In this document: positions 58,869 to 64,000 of the stretch, piece after piece
Layout: each line of letters begins with the position of its first letter
How positions within the stretch are numbered: position 1 is the stretch's first letter
Assembly (NCBI GenBank): GCA_963727055.1
Contig: CAVSEN010000002.1
Location: 305,859-369,858, forward strand
Length of the DNA: 64,000 nucleotides
Direction: 5' to 3'
Origin: an uncultured Chloroflexia bacterium
Lineage (GTDB): Bacteria > Chloroflexota > Limnocylindria > Limnocylindrales > CSP1-4
Translations under genes and position numbers: made by a program
Notes under the pieces: model-generated
Told to the model about the DNA's origin: nothing
The model's input: the letters and a program-made list of their open reading frames with translations, nothing else
Databases searched by the model: none

Positions 58869-59090
58869 TCAGGGTTGCTTCGCCGGACCCTTGCCGAGGC
58901 GGTCGATCACCCGCCGGGCCAGGCCGGGCGGCTCGGGCTCGGGGACCCGGTCGGAGTCCTCGGGCTCGACCGGCGCATCGTGGTACTCGTCACTCAGGGT
59001 ACCCATCGGCACCGGGATCATCGAGTACGAATCCGGGTTGAGGAACGCCCCCGCGTTGCGGACCGCCTGCTTGCGCTTCGGCTCGCCCAT
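58869..59090 (-). CDS. Small hypothetical protein (73 aa)
   Basis: AAGGAG RBS before ATG; MGEPKRKQAVRNAGAFLNPDSY; high-GC3 codons. Confidence 0.55.
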   Translation of the reverse strand: MGEPKRKQAVRNAGAFLNPDSYSMIPVPMGTLSDEYHDAPVEPEDSDRVPEPEPPGLARRVIDRLGKGPAKQP

Positions 59091-59206
59091 CGTGCTCCTT
59101 CGATTCCCGCCGGCTGGGTGGGAACCCGGGTCAACGCTGCGCGGTCGGGAACGGCCTGTCAAGGTCCGTCCGGGCCGATTCCGGCCGTCCGGATCAGCTC
59201 CCCGGC

Positions 59207-59626
59207 TTAGCCGCCGATGATGCAGACGTGGAAGCGGTCGTCCACGCCAACGCCCCCACCCAGGTTGCTGAGGACGTCGCCCTCGCGCGCCACGATCGAG
59301 CCGTCGCGGCCGACGAGCTGCGCCTGGCCGTTGATCCGCCAGGCCGCCCAGCCACTCGGCCAGACGACCTGGATCGGATCGCCGGTCGCGACGGACTGCA
59401 GGATCAGGTTGTCGCCCGAAGTCGCGACGCGGGCCGGCAGGAGGAGCGCCAGCTCGCAGCCCATGGTCGGGAGCAGGTGGGGTGCCTCAGTGCTGATCTG
59501 GAGCCGGGTTGCGCCGGCGGGCAGATCCGGTCCGGGTCCCAGCGGGCTGAGCTTGAGAGCAGCGAGTGCAAGCAGGGCGACGACGACGATCAGGACCCCG
59601 GCGACCAGCCGCCTGCGCTGCCGCAC
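59207..59626 (-). CDS. Membrane-anchored hypothetical protein
   Basis: N-terminal TM; VVWPSGW and VAREGD motifs; two Cys; follows ybeY. Confidence 0.65.
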   Translation of the reverse strand: MRQRRRLVAGVLIVVVALLALAALKLSPLGPGPDLPAGATRLQISTEAPHLLPTMGCELALLLPARVATSGDNLILQSVATGDPIQVVWPSGWAAWRINGQAQLVGRDGSIVAREGDVLSNLGGGVGVDDRFHVCIIGG

Positions 59627-59630
59627 GTCG

Positions 59631-60212
59631 TCATCCGCCCCGGGCGAGGAGCCGCTGTTCCAGGGCGCGCATCGACGCCTCGTCGGCGGGCTCGGCATGG
59701 TCCCAGCCACAGATGTGCAGCGTCCCGTGGGTGACGAGCAGGCGCAGCTCGTCGGCCGCCGACCAGCGGACGTCGCCGGTCTGGCCGCCGCGGCCGGCCT
59801 CGGCCTGCTCGATCGCCCGCTCGACCGACACGACGATGTCGCCCAGGTGCGGCCGCCGCCCGGGGGGTAACGCGAACCGGGCACCGGCTCGAGCCGCCCG
59901 GCCGCGAGGGCGGGCCGGCCGGCCCGCCTGGGCCGGAAACGATTCGGGCGACAGGAGCGGGAACGACAGAACGTCGGTCGGCCCGTCCTTGCCCATGTGG
60001 GTCGCGTTCAGGCCGGCCAGCTCGGCGTCGTCGGCCAGGATCAGCCCGATCGAGGCCGGCCGGGGCGCGCCGGCGACATCGAGCGCGGCAGCGACGGACC
60101 GGGCCAGGGCCCGGAACGGGACGAGACGCCGGACCCCCGGCCGATTCGCGATGTCGACGCGCCACGGGCCGCCGTAGAGGGACCGGGCTTCGGCGAAGGT
60201 GCTAGGCACCAT
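59631..60212 (-). CDS. ybeY: rRNA maturation RNase YbeY
   Basis: PTDVLSFP, LGDIVVS, HGTLHICGWDH. Confidence 0.93.
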   Translation of the reverse strand: MVPSTFAEARSLYGGPWRVDIANRPGVRRLVPFRALARSVAAALDVAGAPRPASIGLILADDAELAGLNATHMGKDGPTDVLSFPLLSPESFPAQAGRPARPRGRAARAGARFALPPGRRPHLGDIVVSVERAIEQAEAGRGGQTGDVRWSAADELRLLVTHGTLHICGWDHAEPADEASMRALEQRLLARGG

Positions 60213-62463
60213 CGCGGTCGGCGCCGCCATCGATCGTGCCGCCCGCGGCCGTGCCGCCCGCCGAGGAGACGCCACCCGAGGAGCCGCCACCCACCGAGCC
60301 GCCAGCCGGCGCCCCTCCGGCGGCCGCGCGTCGCGACTCGAGCTCGACGATCTTCGACTGGGGATAGGCGATCCGCTGGTGGTACATCCCGAGGAGCTGG
60401 GCCACGAAGGCCTCGCGGATCCGCTCGAGGTCGCGCAGGGTCAGGTCGCACTCGTCGAACTGGCCATCCTGGAGGCGCTCGTCGATGATCCGGTTGACCA
60501 TCGCCCGGATCGCCGGCTCGTCGCGCGACGACAGCGAGCGAACCGAGGCCTCGACCCCGTCGGCGAGCATCAGCAGGGCCGCCTCGCGCGTCTGGGGCTT
60601 CGGCCCGTTGTGGCGATAGAGCCGCTGGTCGATCGCGTCGGCCGCCTTCTGGCCGTCGACCGTCTCGAGCCCGCCGTACGGCGCCGCGGCCTCCTCCCGC
60701 GCCTTCGAATAGAAGTAGCTCAGCGGGGCGGTGCCATGGTGCTGGGGGATGAACGCGATCAGGGGCTTCGGCAGGTGGGCCCGGTAGGCGATCTCGATCC
60801 CGTCCCCGACGTGCTCCTTGAGGATCGTCGCCGAGACGTCCGGGTCGAGCTCGTCGTGGACGTTGTCGCCACTCGCCTGGTTCTCGATGAAGGCCTGCGG
60901 GTTGGCCAGCTTGCCGACGTCGTGGTAGTAGGCCGCCACGCGGGTGATCAGGGGGTCCGCGCCGATCGCCTCGGCCGCGCGCTCGGCCAGGTTGCCGACC
61001 ATGATCGAGTGGTGGTAGGTGCCCGGCGTCTCGATCAGCAGCCGGCGCAGGAGCGGCTGGGACGGATTGGCCAGCTCGAGCAGCTGGAAGATCGTCAGGA
61101 TCCCAAACAGGTTGCCGATCACCGCGAAGCTGCCCACCGCGGCCACCGCCGCGCCGCCTGCCGATGCCGCCGAGGCGCCGTACAGCTGGAGGACGCCGGT
61201 GATGTCACGCTCGCCGAGCAGCGAGAAGGTCGACACGACGAGGGCATTGACGATCAGGATCGCGATGGCCGCCTGGACGAACGAGTTCAGCCGGTCGCCG
61301 CGCCGGACGGCGACGATCCCGGCCAGTCCGCCCAGGAAGATGTAGGCGGTGATCTCGAGCGAGTTGCCGTTGACCGCCCCGCCGATCACCGCGATCACGG
61401 CCGTCAGGACGACCGCGGCGCTGGCGTCGAGCAGGATCGCGATCAGGATGCCCGCCGCAGCGGTCGGCACGAAGAACGGCAGGACCGAGCGCCCGGCCGT
61501 GATCTTGAGGACGAACGTGGTGAAGACCAGCAGGAGGCCGATCAGGACGAGCACGTTCGTGCGGTGCCAGAGGGTCGGCCGGAAGCGCCAGATCCAGGCC
61601 AGGACGAGGCCGACGATCAGGATCGCCAGGAGGCCCCAGCCGGCCAGCTTGGCCAGGTCGGCCCGGGCATCGGTCAGGCCGAAGGCCTGGATCTTCTCGA
61701 GCTCGAGTGGGCCGATCGGGTCGCCCCTGCGGACGATCGTCTGGCCCTGGCTGAGGGCGACCGTGACCGCTGGGACCGCGGCGGCTGCCTGCTGCCGGGC
61801 GATCGTCGTGAGCTCGGCGCTGTAGGCCGAGTTGGCGGTCAGCACGGGTCCGATGAGCTCGGCGACGAGCTGGCGTTCGGACGCCTGCAGGCCGCCCAGG
61901 ACGAGGCCGGCCAGGTTGGCCCGGGTGCTGTCGAGGTCGGTGTCCCGGAGCTCGGACGACTCGAGCTGTGCCAGGAGGCGGCGGGCCTCGTCGCGGACGG
62001 CCGGCCAGCGCTCGGGGGTCAGCGCCTGGAGCGTGGCCTGCGCCTCTTCCGCGAGCCCCGGGATTGCATTCTTCAGGAGCGACTTGCGAGCCGTGTCGGT
62101 GAGCGTTGCCGAGAACGCGGCGTCGACCGGGGCGATCTCGGTGTTCAGCTGGACCGTGGCCGCCTGGGCGACGGTGTCGCCCTTGGCCGGGGTGTAGTCG
62201 TACTGGGGCGCAACGGCCGCGCTGGCAGCGTCGCGGGCCTGCTGGGTCAGGGTCGCGCTGGTGAACGTGGTGGCCCGCGGGGCGACGACATCGGTGGTGG
62301 CGACCTGGCCGAGGGTCACGTCGAGCCGGGTCGGCACGATGTCCGAGCCGAGGACCGCGGTCAGGGCCACGATCAGCAGGATCGACGAGATGAGGAGCCG
62401 GACGAGGTCGCGCCGGGTGAACGGCGTCGCTCGCGCCGGACGCTGGACCAGCATGCCGTTCAT
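60202..62463 (-). CDS. pgpH: 7TM-HD family phosphohydrolase (c-di-AMP phosphodiesterase PgpH-like)
   Basis: Extracellular domain plus 7 TM; PGTYHHS, YYHDVGK, QHHGT, LMLADGVEA, YHQRIAYP. Confidence 0.88.
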   Translation of the reverse strand: MNGMLVQRPARATPFTRRDLVRLLISSILLIVALTAVLGSDIVPTRLDVTLGQVATTDVVAPRATTFTSATLTQQARDAASAAVAPQYDYTPAKGDTVAQAATVQLNTEIAPVDAAFSATLTDTARKSLLKNAIPGLAEEAQATLQALTPERWPAVRDEARRLLAQLESSELRDTDLDSTRANLAGLVLGGLQASERQLVAELIGPVLTANSAYSAELTTIARQQAAAAVPAVTVALSQGQTIVRRGDPIGPLELEKIQAFGLTDARADLAKLAGWGLLAILIVGLVLAWIWRFRPTLWHRTNVLVLIGLLLVFTTFVLKITAGRSVLPFFVPTAAAGILIAILLDASAAVVLTAVIAVIGGAVNGNSLEITAYIFLGGLAGIVAVRRGDRLNSFVQAAIAILIVNALVVSTFSLLGERDITGVLQLYGASAASAGGAAVAAVGSFAVIGNLFGILTIFQLLELANPSQPLLRRLLIETPGTYHHSIMVGNLAERAAEAIGADPLITRVAAYYHDVGKLANPQAFIENQASGDNVHDELDPDVSATILKEHVGDGIEIAYRAHLPKPLIAFIPQHHGTAPLSYFYSKAREEAAAPYGGLETVDGQKAADAIDQRLYRHNGPKPQTREAALLMLADGVEASVRSLSSRDEPAIRAMVNRIIDERLQDGQFDECDLTLRDLERIREAFVAQLLGMYHQRIAYPQSKIVELESRRAAAGGAPAGGSVGGGSSGGVSSAGGTAAGGTIDGGADRDGA

Positions 62464-62470
62464 CGGCGGT

Positions 62471-62923
62471 TCAGGCCCGGCCGGCCAGGCGCGCGGCGAC
62501 GATCGAGCTGACGACCTTGCCGTCGGCCCGGCCGCGGGTGTGGGGTGCCAGCCAGCCCATGACCTTGCCCATGTCCCGGGGCGTCTCGGCACCCGTCGCG
62601 GCAACGGCCTGGTCGACCAGTCCGGCCAGCTCGGCCGAGCTCAGCTGCTCGGGAAGGAAGTCGGCGAGGATGGCGATCTCGGCTTCTTCCTTCGTGGCCA
62701 GGTCCTCGCGACCGCCCGCCCGGAACGCTTCGACCGACTCGCGACGGGTCTTGACCTCGCGCGAGACGACCGCCAGCAGCTCCTCGTCGGTCAGCGGCTG
62801 GCCGCTCTTCTTCTCGAGGTTGTAGGCGGCGTTGTGGACCATCCGAAGGGTGTCGCGGCGCAGCGAATCACCCGACCGCATCGCAGCGATCGTCTCGGCC
62901 TGGAGGCGTTCCTTGAGGGTCAC
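62471..62923 (-). CDS. yqeY: GatB/YqeY domain protein
   Basis: RRESVEAF..GGREDLA.KE..EI, LPEQLS, DMGKVM, GRADGK. Confidence 0.92.
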   Translation of the reverse strand: MTLKERLQAETIAAMRSGDSLRRDTLRMVHNAAYNLEKKSGQPLTDEELLAVVSREVKTRRESVEAFRAGGREDLATKEEAEIAILADFLPEQLSSAELAGLVDQAVAATGAETPRDMGKVMGWLAPHTRGRADGKVVSSIVAARLAGRA

Positions 62924-62975
62924 CGGTTGCTGGCACCTCGGGCGGGTCGCCCGGTGCGGAGCGAGGTCGAACGAC

Positions 62976-63161
62976 CTAGCTCTGCGACGTGCGGGCGGCC
63001 TTCTTGCGCTTGGCTTCCTTGCGCTTGCGCTTCACGCTCGGCTTCTCGTAGTGCTCGCGACGGCGAGCCTCGGCAAGGATCCCGCTCTGCTGGATCTTCT
63101 TGTTGAAGCGGCGGAGGGCGCTCTCGAAGGTCTCGTTCTCACCCACGCGGACTTCTGCCAA
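62976..63161 (-). CDS. rpsU: 30S ribosomal protein S21
   Basis: [10 protein letters not shown]...[16 protein letters not shown]; GGAGGTG RBS before TTG. Confidence 0.96.
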   Translation of the reverse strand: MAEVRVGENETFESALRRFNKKIQQSGILAEARRREHYEKPSVKRKRKEAKRKKAARTSQS

Positions 63162-63323
63162 TTCCCGGATCACCTCCTACGGCCAGGGTCGCAGTGCACT
63201 CGTCGGGCTCGTGGCCGATGGGGCCCGAGGAGGTGTCGGCGGCGTGCCACCACGCTCGTCGAACGGCTGGCGGAGCATAGTCGAGCCCTTCGGACCGGTC
63301 AACCGAGGTGCCGTGGCGCGGCC

Positions 63324-63440
63324 GGGTCCCATGGGCCCGGTGCCCCCGGTAGTCGCGGCAGGGTCCCATAGGCCCGGTGCCCCCGGTAGTCGCGGCAGGG
63401 TCCCATGGGCCCGGTGCCCCCGGTAGTCGCGGCAGGGTCC
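63324..63440. repeat. 37-bp tandem repeat x3 (GGGTCCCATRGGCCCGGTGCCCCCGGTAGTCGCGGCA)
   Basis: Copies start at 63324, 63361 and 63398, with a partial copy at 63435; no spacers. Confidence 0.92.
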
Positions 63441-63873
63441 ACCCGTCCATTCTTCCGGTTTACGCCTGGGTGTGGTGGTAAGCAAGGATTCGGCCCGGAA
63501 CGGCGACCTGCCGCGGGCTCGCCCGGGCGCGGGCTGCCCGGCCACGCACGAATCCGGTCCGAACGCGCCGGCTCGAGCCGGAATGAGCCCCAGATCCGTT
63601 CTTACGACCACCTGGGCTGGTATTCCGGAAGGAATGAGTTCAGCCAGCCGGCACAAACCGCCGACCCGGGTCAATTCGTGCCAAATATGAGTGGACGCAG
63701 TGTTGGGCCGAGACTCGGCCCGGAATCGGGGTCGGCGGACCGGCCGCGCCGACGATCCACGCACGAATTCACGCTGCCGAGCCCTGCTTCGACCCGATTC
63801 GGGCGGCGGATCGCCTCCAACACCACCCGGGCTGATATTCGCCAAATTCGAGGCACCCACGCGCCACCCACGC

Positions 63874-63953
63874 GCCACGGACCGGGCCGCAGCCACGGAC
63901 CGGGCCGCAGCCACGGGCCGGAGCCGCAGCCACGGCCCGGAGCCGCAGCCACG
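63874..63953. repeat. 18-19-bp tandem repeat x4 (GCCACGGACCGGGCCGCA-like)
   Basis: Read directly; copies at 63874, 63892, 63910 and 63929. Confidence 0.85.
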
Positions 63954-64000
63954 CCGCCGATCGCCCGCCGATCCTCGACACGCCGGAGGTGCGGGACACG

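Noticed and set aside
63324-63440. CRISPR array (37-bp repeats)
   Set aside because: Repeats are directly abutting with no spacers, and there are no cas genes

Overview
High-GC (~70%+) bacterial chromosome segment, mostly housekeeping. Gene content and order (rpsU-yqeY-pgpH-ybeY, small SWIM protein) suggest Chloroflexota; this is inference only. From left to right: (1) a tightly coupled minus-strand operon lysC-birA-ECF sigma/anti-sigma-accD-accA-[lysine-less BCCP-like]-accC-fabZ-metallophosphoesterase-fabF-accB-fabH-fabG-MBL hydrolase; (2) hom-thrC-thrB, trpS and an AI-2E permease; (3) two phytoene-dehydrogenase-like flavoproteins divergent from a GcvT-family gene, sharing TGCATA boxes; (4) an orphan Imm26-like gene; (5) a cobalamin riboswitch ahead of two surface proteins and an ECF transporter; (6) a secreted caspase/gingipain-fold-like three-gene operon; (7) GDP-mannose genes; (8) metK and apt-mtnA-GNAT-ahcY, separated by an ~8 kb galactosidase-containing block; (9) mfd, pth, an unidentified structured RNA candidate, ybeY, pgpH, yqeY and rpsU. 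About a dozen reading-frame breaks in essential genes are most likely assembly errors. No CRISPR, rRNA, tRNA or recognisable transposase was seen. Best novelty candidates: a BADC-like non-biotinylatable BCCP paralogue in the acc operon, a split transcobalamin-like B12 capture system, the secreted clan-CD protease-like operon and the structured RNA near pth.
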